This document shows positions 28,101 through 38,875 of a DNA stretch of 42,772 nt, piece by piece; positions within the stretch are counted from its first letter, which is position 1; each line of letters opens with the position of its first letter. The notes beneath the pieces are model-generated. The model was not told where the DNA came from. It saw nothing but the letters and a program-made list of their open reading frames with translations, and did not search any database. Position numbers and translations under genes: made by a program. Source of the DNA: Coriobacteriia bacterium (GTDB lineage Bacteria > Actinomycetota > Coriobacteriia > Anaerosomatales > Anaerosomataceae); the NCBI GenBank assembly GCA_034007245.1, contig JAVERH010000001.1:1-42772 (forward strand), written 5' to 3'.

Positions 28101-28174
28101 GTGAGAAGAAGCAGCGTGTGCTGACCATGCTTGGCGAGTTCTTCGAGCGGTTCTTCGGGCTCAGTGCCGGCTGA
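25142..28174 (+). CDS. hsdR: Type I restriction endonuclease subunit R (EcoR124-like)
   Basis: RYDVTVLVNGLPMVHVELKR, QINRY, WHTTGSGKT, DECHRSQFG, FTGTP, MFLTGFD, QAYSRTNR. Confidence 0.97.
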   Translation: MLDVRGVRYDPIAVSAESTVVSEYYPETGEETAYQSEAALEQAFIKLLESQAYEYLPLTSESELIANLRTQLETLNGITFSDAEWERFFSERIAGANEGPTEKTVRIQEDHVQLLKRDDGSTKNVSLIDKANIHNNRLQVINQYEVAEGEGGAARSNRYDVTVLVNGLPMVHVELKRRGVDVREAFNQINRYQRDSFWAGSGLFDYVQLFVISNGTLTKYYSNTTRRQHVSEMAGSKRTRKTSNSFEFTSWWADATNRPIEDLPAFAKTFFAKHALLNILTKYCVLTADRMLLVMRPYQIVATERILQKIEISTNYRQLGKVTAGGYIWHTTGSGKTLTSFKTAQLATKLPSVDKVLFVVDRKDLDYQTMREYDRFEKGAANSNTSTAVLKRQLEDPSAKIIITTIQKLSTFIAANKGHSIYDGHVVIIFDECHRSQFGDMHTAITKAFKRYNLFGFTGTPIFSANAGSGGNPQLKTTEQAFGEKLHTYTIVDAISDKNVLPFRIDYVNTIKLPESITDEQVSAIDTEKALLAPERIRQIVAYTLEHFDQKTKRAEYYSLSGKRVRGFNALFATASIEAAKRYYGEFRDQQEGLVPDRRLKVGIIFSYAANEAVDDYLDDEGFETDALDQSSRDFLEAAIQDYNSLFGTSFDTSGEKFQNYYKDLSERMKNREIDLVIVVNMFLTGFDATTLNTLFADKNLRSHGLIQAYSRTNRILNSVKTYGNIVSFRDLEQQTNDAIALFGNKDACGIVLLKPYAEYYAEYSEKVTELLEDFPLGTPIMGESEQKAFIVLLGAILRLQNILTSFDGFAGNELLTERQEQDYRSVYLDLYAEFRRTADAEKESINDDIVFEIELIKQVEVNVDYILIMVEKWRESHGDGSDVEVRAAISRTVDASPSLRNKKDLIEAFVDSISVSGQIDEEWREFIRARREIELAAIIESEGLHPEETRMFIETAFRDGAIQNTGTAITKVLPPVSRFSPDGEHGEKKQRVLTMLGEFFERFFGLSAG

Positions 28175-28313
28175 GTGCGTCTTGATGGAAGCCGAAGAGC
28201 CGGAACCGATCGAGTGTAGAGCTGATTCAGGAGTCGAATTGCCAGGCATGCTGGTAGGGATATCAGGGGAGCAGCCTTTACCTTTCCAGTCATAACGCCG
28301 ACCATAGGACTAC

Positions 28314-29702
28314 GTGCCATCTACATTGGGGGAGTGTAGGAAGCTGGAGCCGTCAAACCGCCTGGGTTCTGATCCGGACCTCTTCGTCCGCATCGCCGAG
28401 AACGCGCTGTTGGTCGCCGAGGATCTTCGTCAGGACTACTTCCAGTCCACGCTTGGTATTGCGCATGAGATGCGCAGTGCGTTTCGCGAGGGCAATGGCG
28501 TGTATCGCATCAACTACGTGCCCCAGGAGCCGCTCGAACCTTGTACGGTTGCCTTTGTTGATGGCGGTATCTCCAAGATCGACGTCGGTATCGCCACCCC
28601 CCTCATCGTCAGGGCCGGCATCTTCCGGGTGAAGCAGGGGGAGGCTGACCTCGAAAAGCGGGAGACGTTCGATCACTTCCCACTGATGCTGGGCCAACTC
28701 CGTGGCGGCTTGAAGGCGAATTCGCGTTTTGGTGATGCGGTCCGTCAGCTCGTGGAGCTCGGTGCGCTTGTGACCGCTCTTGAGGATGACCGCTTCTCGG
28801 ACATCCGGATGCTTATGCTGCACGGCCCCCTCCAGTTCGTGAGTGGCCCGTTCTTTGAGCACTGGTTCTTTCCCGAGGATTACGAGGCGATGCTCGGCAA
28901 GGGCGAGCGAGACCACGTACTCAAGGTTCTCGGCCAGTTTGCAGGGTGGTGCGCAGGGTGTGAACTGCATGGCACTGAGCGCTGCAAGCATGATATCGGC
29001 GATCAGCATCTTCCCGCCGTGTGCATGATGGCGTTCCTCCAGCATTACGTGCTGGGGCGTGCGGCGGAGAAGAACGTTCTCGTCTGTGGTGTGGTCGAGC
29101 GATCGTTTGGTCGCAGCGTGACGCGATACGTTGTGCGCCAGATGTTGGAGAAGAGCCCCGAGGTCTTCGATCGCCTGCTCGGCGCGCTCGGCATGCGCGG
29201 ACGCGGTACCAGGATACAGGTAAACGCCATTCTGGATGCGACCCGCTATAACGACGCGATTCTTCTGTCGCTGGCGCTCGGCAGGGGTGAGGCGCTCGAT
29301 TGGTACCCGATGAGCTCTCGGCTGAAGATCACGGACGACCGCGTCGCTCTCTTCCCAAGTATGCAGAACACCTTCGTGCGTGTCACATCGGCCAAGTACC
29401 CTATGCGCATCGAGGTGCCGTCCAGTTACGGCAGCGCGGAGTGCGAGGAGGTGCTTCGGCGGTCATACGAGTATGCGTCAATGTTGCCCGGCTATGCATT
29501 CCCGATCGGGCTCGACATCGTCGACAAGTATGCAGCCATTCCCGCGTGGATGACCAAAGCATATCGTCAGCTGATTCTTGCGGAGTATGGGCGACTTCTC
29601 GCAGGTGAGTTTGTAGAGATGACGGATACGGAGGCGCTGAAGTCGATGATCATGATGCAGGGAAGCGGCAAGCGCAGCCGCCAGACGAGGCCGGAGGTCT
29701 GA
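28314..29702 (+). CDS. NurA-family nuclease
   Basis: VAFVDGG, conserved Glu (QLVELG), MLHGPL, CGVVER, GYAFPIGLDIVDKYA; directly upstream of HerA. Start uncertain. Confidence 0.8.
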   Translation: MPSTLGECRKLEPSNRLGSDPDLFVRIAENALLVAEDLRQDYFQSTLGIAHEMRSAFREGNGVYRINYVPQEPLEPCTVAFVDGGISKIDVGIATPLIVRAGIFRVKQGEADLEKRETFDHFPLMLGQLRGGLKANSRFGDAVRQLVELGALVTALEDDRFSDIRMLMLHGPLQFVSGPFFEHWFFPEDYEAMLGKGERDHVLKVLGQFAGWCAGCELHGTERCKHDIGDQHLPAVCMMAFLQHYVLGRAAEKNVLVCGVVERSFGRSVTRYVVRQMLEKSPEVFDRLLGALGMRGRGTRIQVNAILDATRYNDAILLSLALGRGEALDWYPMSSRLKITDDRVALFPSMQNTFVRVTSAKYPMRIEVPSSYGSAECEEVLRRSYEYASMLPGYAFPIGLDIVDKYAAIPAWMTKAYRQLILAEYGRLLAGEFVEMTDTEALKSMIMMQGSGKRSRQTRPEV

Positions 29703-29705
29703 GAC

Positions 29706-31400
29706 GTGACGGATGTCGTGAACACTCCCGTGAACACCCCCGTGGGCACCGTCGTCGGCGTGAGCTCGACGACTGAGTTCCAGATGCAGGTACGACCGGA
29801 TGCCGTACGCGCCCAGGACCTAGTGGCAGTCGATACGGTCGAGGCTGGCCAGACCTATCGTGTGTGGGCGAAGGTGGGCACTATCGAGCGGCTGAACCCG
29901 CTTTTCCCGCGTGAGGCTGCGCAGGAGCTCGCCTTTCAGGGACGCGATCCGGTCGATTCGGTCGTCTCCATGTCGCGCGAGATGATCACGGCCACGTGCA
30001 GTGTGGTAGGAGTGCAACGCAACGGCCGGCTCGAGCCGCCTAAGTACCCGGTGCAGCCCGCAGGTCGCGTGTACGTCCCGCCTGCGGAGGAGATCGAGTC
30101 GTTTCTCGTTGGCGATACCCCCGAGCATCGTCGCCTCTACCTCGGAACAGAGCGCGGCAACAAGGACGTGCGTGTGTTCGTGGATGCTCACATGGTCGTG
30201 TCGCGGCACCTCGCGGTTCTGGCATCCACAGGTGCCGGCAAGACGGTAGCCACGCGCAGGATCCTTGAGGAGCTCATGGTCAAGGGCTACCCGATCCTCA
30301 TCTTCGATCCGCACGGTGACTACTCGGGACTGCATATCGCGAAGCACACAGAAGTGACGACGTACTTGCCCGAGATCCGCCTTGCAGACGAGGAGTTCGA
30401 CCAGGTACTCGGCTACATCCGAGGGATGTCCGGCGAGATCATCTCACCGCCTCAGGAGCAGCTGTTGACCGGGATCCTCGAAGTGCTGGTTGATGGGTCG
30501 AAGCGCATTGTGCTCGACGCGGCGCTGCGTGACAACGAGGTCGGCGGCCTGCAGAAGACACTCGACAACGACCATTTTTATGCGCTTGCGGAGGTGGCGG
30601 AGAAGATCGCGATGCTCAAGGCTGTTGACGATCGCGCTCCGCTGCCTAAGGAGATCGCTCGTCTTTCGGCAGGCCTGAACGTTCAATCATCTACGGCAAA
30701 CGCGGTCCGCCGGCAGACACGACGTGCTGGCTGGCAGTACTGGAGCATGATCAAGACGAACCGGAAATACTCGGCTGCTTCCACGAAGTTGCCGTCATCC
30801 AAGGACATACACACGATCATCAAGGGTGGTGCTGTGGCCATCGTCTCGCTCGAGGGCTACACGGACGAGCTGCGGCAGTCCATTGTGGCTGGCGTGCTCT
30901 CCCGACTGCTGAGCGACAGGATCGATGAGAAGGTGCCACGCTTTCTGACCGTCATCGAGGAGGCACACAACTTCATCCCGGGATGGACCGCGGGCGGTGG
31001 GACCGATGTGCCGTCATTGCCGGTCATCAAGCAGATAGCGACCGAGGGTCGCAAGTACGGCATGGGGCTCATCTTCATCTCGCAGCGCCCCAACCGTATC
31101 GATGCCACCGTGCTTTCGCAGGCGAACAGCTACCTGATCCTGCGCATCGTGAACCCGAACGACCAGAAGTACATCCGCGATGTGGTTGAGACGATGGGCG
31201 AGGACGAGGCGAAGGCGCTACCGAATCTCAACACAGGCGAGGCGTTGTTGTCCGGACTGTTCACGCGGATACCCGTGATGGTGCGCGTGGAGAAGAGCCG
31301 GAGTGAAGGCAAGCATGAGGAAGAGGACTTCCTGCTCGGTTTGAAGGCACCGGGTGGGTCTGCAATGGCCGCAGAGGAGCGTACGGGGTGGGAGGGTTAG
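29706..31400 (+). CDS. HerA/DUF87-family ATPase/DNA translocase
   Basis: N-terminal HAS-barrel-like region, RHLAVLASTGAGKT, IFDPHGDY, VIEEAHNF, IATEGRKYG, SQRP, LPNLNTGEAL. Confidence 0.92.
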   Translation: MTDVVNTPVNTPVGTVVGVSSTTEFQMQVRPDAVRAQDLVAVDTVEAGQTYRVWAKVGTIERLNPLFPREAAQELAFQGRDPVDSVVSMSREMITATCSVVGVQRNGRLEPPKYPVQPAGRVYVPPAEEIESFLVGDTPEHRRLYLGTERGNKDVRVFVDAHMVVSRHLAVLASTGAGKTVATRRILEELMVKGYPILIFDPHGDYSGLHIAKHTEVTTYLPEIRLADEEFDQVLGYIRGMSGEIISPPQEQLLTGILEVLVDGSKRIVLDAALRDNEVGGLQKTLDNDHFYALAEVAEKIAMLKAVDDRAPLPKEIARLSAGLNVQSSTANAVRRQTRRAGWQYWSMIKTNRKYSAASTKLPSSKDIHTIIKGGAVAIVSLEGYTDELRQSIVAGVLSRLLSDRIDEKVPRFLTVIEEAHNFIPGWTAGGGTDVPSLPVIKQIATEGRKYGMGLIFISQRPNRIDATVLSQANSYLILRIVNPNDQKYIRDVVETMGEDEAKALPNLNTGEALLSGLFTRIPVMVRVEKSRSEGKHEEEDFLLGLKAPGGSAMAAEERTGWEG

Positions 31401-31422
31401 TCCAGCCTCGCCTGAGACTCGC

Positions 31423-32058
31423 ATGTCAGACCCACCTGCCACACTTCTCGTGGAGGTGGCACTCATGCAGATCAAGCAAGAACCCCCATGCATCCTCGAT
31501 ACGTGGTTGGACTTCATCGATGCCTATGAGGAGGCCATGGTCGAGATCGGTGACACTGTGCCGGGGCCGTCACTTGAGATGTTTGGTGCGTTCTCCGGCG
31601 CGTTCGTCGCGGGCCTGACCGGCGGTGTAGCCGATCCGAGCGTCTGCGGCACGCGGATAGCGCTCCCGGACGGGCGATGCGCCCTGATAGCGGTGGCGAC
31701 CGATGACCGAGGCGACGACTTCGGCATGGTGGTCGATCCCGAGCGGGTGGTCGCTGACTGGGTCGTCCTCGTCGTCTTCAAGACGCTTCGCCCGGTGGCC
31801 GTCCACGTGATCGAAGCTCGACAGCTCTCCGGCCTGGGCAGAGCGCTCCGCGTGCAGGCTCCGCTACCGCCGGATTCACCACCCTCGGCGATAGTGCTCT
31901 CCACGGCGTTCCACTGGAATCTCTGCCTTGAGCCGTTCACAGCCGAGGTCTTCGGCGTGCGCACCTACTACCTCTCGGACGATGGGATGTCGCACGAGCC
32001 GGTTCCGGTGCCTCCGGCCGCGATAAGCGGCCGAGCACCCGAGGAGGTGTCGAAATGA
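31423..32058 (+). CDS. Hypothetical protein
   Basis: Fills the gap after HerA; ends in GAGGAGGT SD plus ATGA overlap with the next gene. Start uncertain. Confidence 0.6.
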   Translation: MSDPPATLLVEVALMQIKQEPPCILDTWLDFIDAYEEAMVEIGDTVPGPSLEMFGAFSGAFVAGLTGGVADPSVCGTRIALPDGRCALIAVATDDRGDDFGMVVDPERVVADWVVLVVFKTLRPVAVHVIEARQLSGLGRALRVQAPLPPDSPPSAIVLSTAFHWNLCLEPFTAEVFGVRTYYLSDDGMSHEPVPVPPAAISGRAPEEVSK

Positions 32059-32330
32059 TGTTCCTTGGTGTCACGCAAGGTAATGCGGTTCGGGCGCGAT
32101 TCCATATGGCGGCATATCTGCTCGCCGGGGTTTCGACGGCGGATGGCCTCGCGCGTGAGACTGGTGTCTCCCGAGGGATAGCCGTGCGTTTCGTGAAGGA
32201 GCTGCTCGAGGGTGGCTATGTGTCGGCGCAGCCCGTCGCAGATGCGGACGCCGCACTCGCGTACGAGTTCACAAAGAAAGGATGCGGTTACCTGCAAGGC
32301 GAACTCGAGCGCTGGGTGCGCTCGGGATAG
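32055..32330 (+). CDS. Small winged-HTH protein
   Basis: TADGLARETGVSRGIAVRFVKELLEGGYV...YEFTKKG; strong SD. Confidence 0.75.
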   Translation: MMFLGVTQGNAVRARFHMAAYLLAGVSTADGLARETGVSRGIAVRFVKELLEGGYVSAQPVADADAALAYEFTKKGCGYLQGELERWVRSG

Positions 32331-32473
32331 GACGACGATGAGATCGTCACGATGATCGGCATCGGACTGTCGTAGGCTGGCGACAAAGGGAGCGCGACCC
32401 CTCACCCTCCCGCTGCGTACTCAGGTACTCTAGCCCGTGTGCTTCGACGGGCCTGCACCATGAGGGGGAGTTG

Positions 32474-34555
<2,082 letters not shown>

Positions 34556-34567
34556 GCAGTCGAGCAC

Positions 34568-34885
34568 TCACTCGACGCCGATGATCCCGCCGTCCATGTG
34601 GTCATCGAAGCCGATCACCTCGAGTGAGTCCGGAGACGGCGTGTTGTCCTCGGGCACCACAAGGTCGGCGCGAGTCTGACGCGGACCGAGACCAGTAGCC
34701 GTGATGGGATCTGCTCGACCATCAGCCACTTTCTCGAGCGCTGTGATGATCGTACCGGGCTGTCCTGACAGGATGAGGTTGATGGGGGCCTGGCCGCGGA
34801 AACCCCGGTTGGGCGAGCGGAGCCACTCCGCCCTGTAGCTACCCCCGAGGACGTCCTCGTGCGTGCAGGGCACGGCGCCGGACAT
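34568..34885 (-). CDS. Hypothetical protein (105 aa), possibly leaderless
   Basis: ORF filling the gap with GC-rich third positions; TATCTT-N6-ATG at 34885. Confidence 0.5.
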   Translation of the reverse strand: MSGAVPCTHEDVLGGSYRAEWLRSPNRGFRGQAPINLILSGQPGTIITALEKVADGRADPITATGLGPRQTRADLVVPEDNTPSPDSLEVIGFDDHMDGGIIGVE

Positions 34886-34901
34886 TCTTCCAAGATAATC
34901 C

Positions 34902-34947
34902 TTGACACCGCGGTCCCCTCGGCGCATGTTAGTGAGCGATAACTCAC
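34902..34947 (+). promoter_or_regulatory. Efflux operon promoter with TetR-type operator
   Basis: TTGACA-N17-CATGTT followed by GTGAG-N6-CTCAC and GTTA-N8-TAAC dyads over +1. Confidence 0.7.
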
Positions 34948-34966
34948 CTACCGCCTGGGAGCCCCA

Positions 34967-36124
34967 TTGAAGCGTCTGTTGGGAACGGTCGTCATCATCG
35001 TCGCCATCGTCACGCTCGTCGGTGTCGCCGCCTGGCGTGTCGCCACCGATCGCACCACCCCGGACACCGTCGAAGTCACCGGACGGGTCTACGTCAACGA
35101 GCAGGTCGTCACGGTGCCGCTGCTCCGCTCGGACACTCCTACGGGGACTGTGATCCCGGGCCAGCCGACGGTCGCCGGCCGTCTGGCTTCAGTGGGTGTG
35201 GACACCGGCGATCACGTCGCTGTGGGGGATATCATCGCCACGCTCGACTCTGCACCTATGGAGGCCGCCGTATCGCTCGCACGGGCATCGGCGGCAGAGG
35301 CATCCGCCACAGTGGCTTTCCTCGGCGAGAAGGCCGACGACGCTGTCGCCAATCGCGATGACGTCGATGCCAAGCGGGCCGAGGTCCGGACGACGCTCGC
35401 CGATGTCAGGGGACGTCGTGCCGAAGTGGTGGCCAATCTCGCTCAGGCACGTGAGATGGTCGCCGCACGGCAGTCGATGCCGAGCGTGCCAGCCACGATG
35501 CCGCCAGGTGCTGCCCCTACCGCGCCATCCGGCACCGCCCAGAAAGACCCCGCAGCGATCGTCGCGCAGCTCGAGCAGGCGCTGGCCAAGCTCGATGCCG
35601 GGATTGCAGAGGCCGAGTCTGGCCTGGCGAAGCTCGACGAGGCGCATGCCACGGTCACCGACGCGCTCGCGGTCCTCGCAGACGTGCGGACCGCTGCACA
35701 GTACGCCGCAACCGGCGCGGAGGCAGGGGTAGCGCTTGCCGAGGCGAGGCTCGATCTCGTCGTGGTGCGCTCGCCCGTCGACGGCATCATCGCCAAGGGG
35801 CCGGTGGCCGGCACGACCGTCTACGCCGGAGCGCCTCTCGTCACCATCTATCCGGATGCAGACACGTTCGTCGAGACCTATGCGTCTTGGTCGGATGCAG
35901 CGCTGCTCGCAGAAGGGACCCCGGTCCTCGTGGAGGCGGACTACCTGCAAGAGCCGCTCGAAGGAACGGTCGCGAAGGTCGGGACAGAGTATCTCTATCC
36001 GCCCACTACGCAGGCCACGCGAGAACTTCATATGGCCCGTGGCGTGCGTGTGCGTATACGCGTGGATGGCGACGGGCTCCCGCCCGGAGCGCCGGTAAGC
36101 ATCATCGTGAGTACTGGCCGCTAG
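34967..36124 (+). CDS. HlyD/membrane-fusion family adaptor, long coiled coil
   Basis: N-terminal TM, lipoyl halves (VDTGDHVAVGD; VRSPVDG), long Ala-rich hairpin, C-terminal PPGAPV. Confidence 0.85.
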   Translation: MKRLLGTVVIIVAIVTLVGVAAWRVATDRTTPDTVEVTGRVYVNEQVVTVPLLRSDTPTGTVIPGQPTVAGRLASVGVDTGDHVAVGDIIATLDSAPMEAAVSLARASAAEASATVAFLGEKADDAVANRDDVDAKRAEVRTTLADVRGRRAEVVANLAQAREMVAARQSMPSVPATMPPGAAPTAPSGTAQKDPAAIVAQLEQALAKLDAGIAEAESGLAKLDEAHATVTDALAVLADVRTAAQYAATGAEAGVALAEARLDLVVVRSPVDGIIAKGPVAGTTVYAGAPLVTIYPDADTFVETYASWSDAALLAEGTPVLVEADYLQEPLEGTVAKVGTEYLYPPTTQATRELHMARGVRVRIRVDGDGLPPGAPVSIIVSTGR

Positions 36125-36149
36125 GCCGTCTGGAAACTAAGGAGCAAAG

Positions 36150-36923
36150 ATGAAGAAGCGCATCCCTGTCGTCATCGCGGTCATCGCGATAGCTGGAGCA
36201 GCCTGGTGGGGCTACTCCACATATATCACCAACGGAGACGACGACGTCGTGGCCCTGGGAGGCAGTGGCACGATCGAAGCCGACACGGTCTCGGTCTCGC
36301 CACTCCTGGCTGGACGCATCGCCACTGCCACAGTGACCGAGGGCACACCTACCGAAGCCGGCGAGGTACTGTTCATGTTGAGCAGCGACATCATCGACGC
36401 GCAGGTGGCACAGGCCGAGGCTGGCGTTCGCGCCGCAGAAGCTATGCTTGCCCAGGTGACCAACGACGACGGGACACAGGCGGAGATCGCACAGGCCGCC
36501 GCGCGCGTCGATCAGGCCAAGGCCGGTCTCACCATGGCTCAGGCACAGCAGTCCTACACCAGCATCGCCGCGCCCGTCAGCGGTACGATCACGAGCGTCG
36601 TGGGGTCCGTGGGCGAGAACGCTGCACCGGGCAAGACGCTCGCCACCATCGCCGACCTCGACGATCTCAAGGTCAGCGTCTACATCCCCGAGACCCGCAT
36701 CGGCGAGGTCCGTCTCGGCCAGAAGGCGCTGGTATACGTGGACTCCTCGGACACCGTGTTCGACGCCGAGGTCACGTTCATCTCGAGCAACGCCGAGTTC
36801 ACTCCCAGCAACGTGGAGACCAAGGAGCAGCGGGTGAAGCTCGTCTATGAGGTGCGCCTGCGTGTGATCAACTCCAGCGATGTGCTCAAGCCCGGCATGC
36901 CTGCAGACGTGGAACTCCAGTGA
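36150..36923 (+). CDS. YbhG-like HlyD-family adaptor
   Basis: SGTIEA, IAAPVSG, VYIPETRIG, AEFTPSNVETKEQRVKLVY, LKPGMPADV. Confidence 0.92.
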   Translation: MKKRIPVVIAVIAIAGAAWWGYSTYITNGDDDVVALGGSGTIEADTVSVSPLLAGRIATATVTEGTPTEAGEVLFMLSSDIIDAQVAQAEAGVRAAEAMLAQVTNDDGTQAEIAQAAARVDQAKAGLTMAQAQQSYTSIAAPVSGTITSVVGSVGENAAPGKTLATIADLDDLKVSVYIPETRIGEVRLGQKALVYVDSSDTVFDAEVTFISSNAEFTPSNVETKEQRVKLVYEVRLRVINSSDVLKPGMPADVELQ

Positions 36924-37738
36924 CCTCCGTACTCACACGGCAAGGACTCCGCAGCGAGTGCGTAGCAGGTGACGGGTCTCTCGCCATCGAGACACGCTCC
37001 CTGGTGCGCAGCTTCGGGGACCTGAACGCCGTGGACGGCGCGTCACTGTCCATCCCGCGCGGCTCACTCTTCGGGTTGCTCGGGCCGGACGGGGCCGGGA
37101 AGTCGACCTTCATCAGGATGCTTGCCACGGTGCTGGCGCCCAGTGAAGGGGACGCGTTTGTCTTTGGACACTCGATATCCCACGAGCAGAACGCTATCAA
37201 GCCACGCATCGGCTATATGTCGCAGGCGTTCAGTCTCTACCCGGACCTCACCGTACGGGAGAACCTGGACTTCTTCGCCGAGTTACGTGGTGTGCCGCGC
37301 AAGGAGATGGACTCGCGGGCGAAGCGTTTCCTGGAGTTCAGTGGTCTCACCGAGTTTGCCGGACGCCAGGCACAGCACCTCTCCGGTGGCATGAAGCAGA
37401 AGCTGGCGCTTGCCGTTACGCTCATGCACGACCCCGATCTACTGCTCCTAGACGAGCCCACCACAGGTGTGGATCCCGTGGCTCGCCGCGAGTTCTGGCG
37501 CATCATCGCCGGCCTTCACTGCGAAGGCATCACGGTGCTGGTAGCTACGCCGTATATGGACGAGGCCGAGCGGTGCACGGAAGTCGCCTTCATGGATAAC
37601 GGCAGGATCCTCCTGCACGAGACGCCGGGTGCGCTCAAGAAGCGCGTCTGCGCGCAGACCGGTGAAGAGCGCGTCTGCATGGAAGAGGCCTTCGCGCATG
37701 TCATAGCCGAGGCGCGGTCCGGGGAGGCGAACGCATGA
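36920..37738 (+). CDS. ABC ATP-binding protein (YbhF N-half-like)
   Basis: GPDGAGKST, GYMSQAFSLY, LSGGMKQKL, LDEPTTGVDP. Confidence 0.94.
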   Translation: MTSVLTRQGLRSECVAGDGSLAIETRSLVRSFGDLNAVDGASLSIPRGSLFGLLGPDGAGKSTFIRMLATVLAPSEGDAFVFGHSISHEQNAIKPRIGYMSQAFSLYPDLTVRENLDFFAELRGVPRKEMDSRAKRFLEFSGLTEFAGRQAQHLSGGMKQKLALAVTLMHDPDLLLLDEPTTGVDPVARREFWRIIAGLHCEGITVLVATPYMDEAERCTEVAFMDNGRILLHETPGALKKRVCAQTGEERVCMEEAFAHVIAEARSGEANA

Positions 37739-38874
37739 TGTCCCTGTTGCGCCGTATCGCCGCCGTGACGCGCAAGGAGTTCATCCACATCCGGCGCGAC
37801 CCCAGGATGCTCGCGAGCATCCTGGTGCTGCCCGTCATCCAGCTGCTGCTCTTCTCGTACGCGATCTCCTTCGACGTCACCGACGTCCCCACGGTGATCC
37901 TGGACCAGGACCGTTCGGCTGAGTCGCGCGATTACCTTGCGTCGTTCGAGCACTCGGAGTTCTTCCGCGTGGTCGATCATATCGAGAGCGATGTCGAGGC
38001 CGATCGCGCCTTCGACACAGGCAGTGCCAAAGTAGCTGTCATCATCCGCCCGGGGTTCGCCGATGCGATCGCTCGCGGTGACAAGGCCGACGTGGCGGTC
38101 CTGATCGACGGTAGCGAGCCCAACTCCGCACAGCTCGGGCGCGCTTACGCCTCTGCGCTCTCGTCCACCCAGGACAGGCAGATCCTGGTCGGGTGGGCCG
38201 AGTCTCGGGGCATGGATGTGACGTCGATGGGGAGTCTGTCACCACAGATCCGCACGTGGTACAACCCCGACCGGCGCTCGGCGGATTTCCTGATCCCCGG
38301 ACTCATGGTCGTCATTATCATGATCGTGACCATCCAGCAGACGGCTGTCTCGCTGGTCAAAGAGCGCGACCAGGGGACGTTCGAGCAACTCACCGTCTCG
38401 CCCATCCGGCGCGGGGAGCTCATGGTGGGTAAGGTGCTCCCATGGCTGATACTCGCATTCGTCGAGACCGCGGTCATCGTGGCGGTGGGAGTGCTCCTCT
38501 TCGGGGTCCCGCTCCGTGGTAGCGTACTCGCACTCGCGTTGGGAAGCGTGCTGTTCGTCTTCTCGTCACTCGCGATCGGGCTGCTCATCTCGGCACGCGC
38601 CTCTTCGGTAGAGTTCGCCAACATGGCGGGGCTGCTCGTGAGCTTCCTCCCTGGTTTCATGCTCTCCGGGTTTGCGTTCTCGCTTGAGAGCATCCCACCC
38701 GCCCTGCAGTTCATCTCGTACCTGTTCCCGGGTCGCTACATGGTGGTCATCGCACGCTCGGTCTTCCTCAAGGGAGCCGATGTGGCTACCGTGCTCCCAC
38801 AACTCGGCGCACTGCTGGTCTATGCGCTGGTCTCCCTGACCCTCGCATCCTTCGCATACTCAAGGAGGCTCTAA
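37735..38874 (+). CDS. ABC-2 permease (YbhS/R-like)
   Basis: RKEFIHIRRD, WYNP, IPGL, KERDQGTFEQL.VSP, LSGF. Confidence 0.93.
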   Translation: MMSLLRRIAAVTRKEFIHIRRDPRMLASILVLPVIQLLLFSYAISFDVTDVPTVILDQDRSAESRDYLASFEHSEFFRVVDHIESDVEADRAFDTGSAKVAVIIRPGFADAIARGDKADVAVLIDGSEPNSAQLGRAYASALSSTQDRQILVGWAESRGMDVTSMGSLSPQIRTWYNPDRRSADFLIPGLMVVIIMIVTIQQTAVSLVKERDQGTFEQLTVSPIRRGELMVGKVLPWLILAFVETAVIVAVGVLLFGVPLRGSVLALALGSVLFVFSSLAIGLLISARASSVEFANMAGLLVSFLPGFMLSGFAFSLESIPPALQFISYLFPGRYMVVIARSVFLKGADVATVLPQLGALLVYALVSLTLASFAYSRRL

Positions 38875-38875
38875 C

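Noticed and set aside
29718-29744. GTGAACACTCCC/GTGAACACCCCC duplication at the HerA N-terminus (VNTPVNTP)
   Set aside because: Two imperfect copies in a likely disordered tail; no sign of function.
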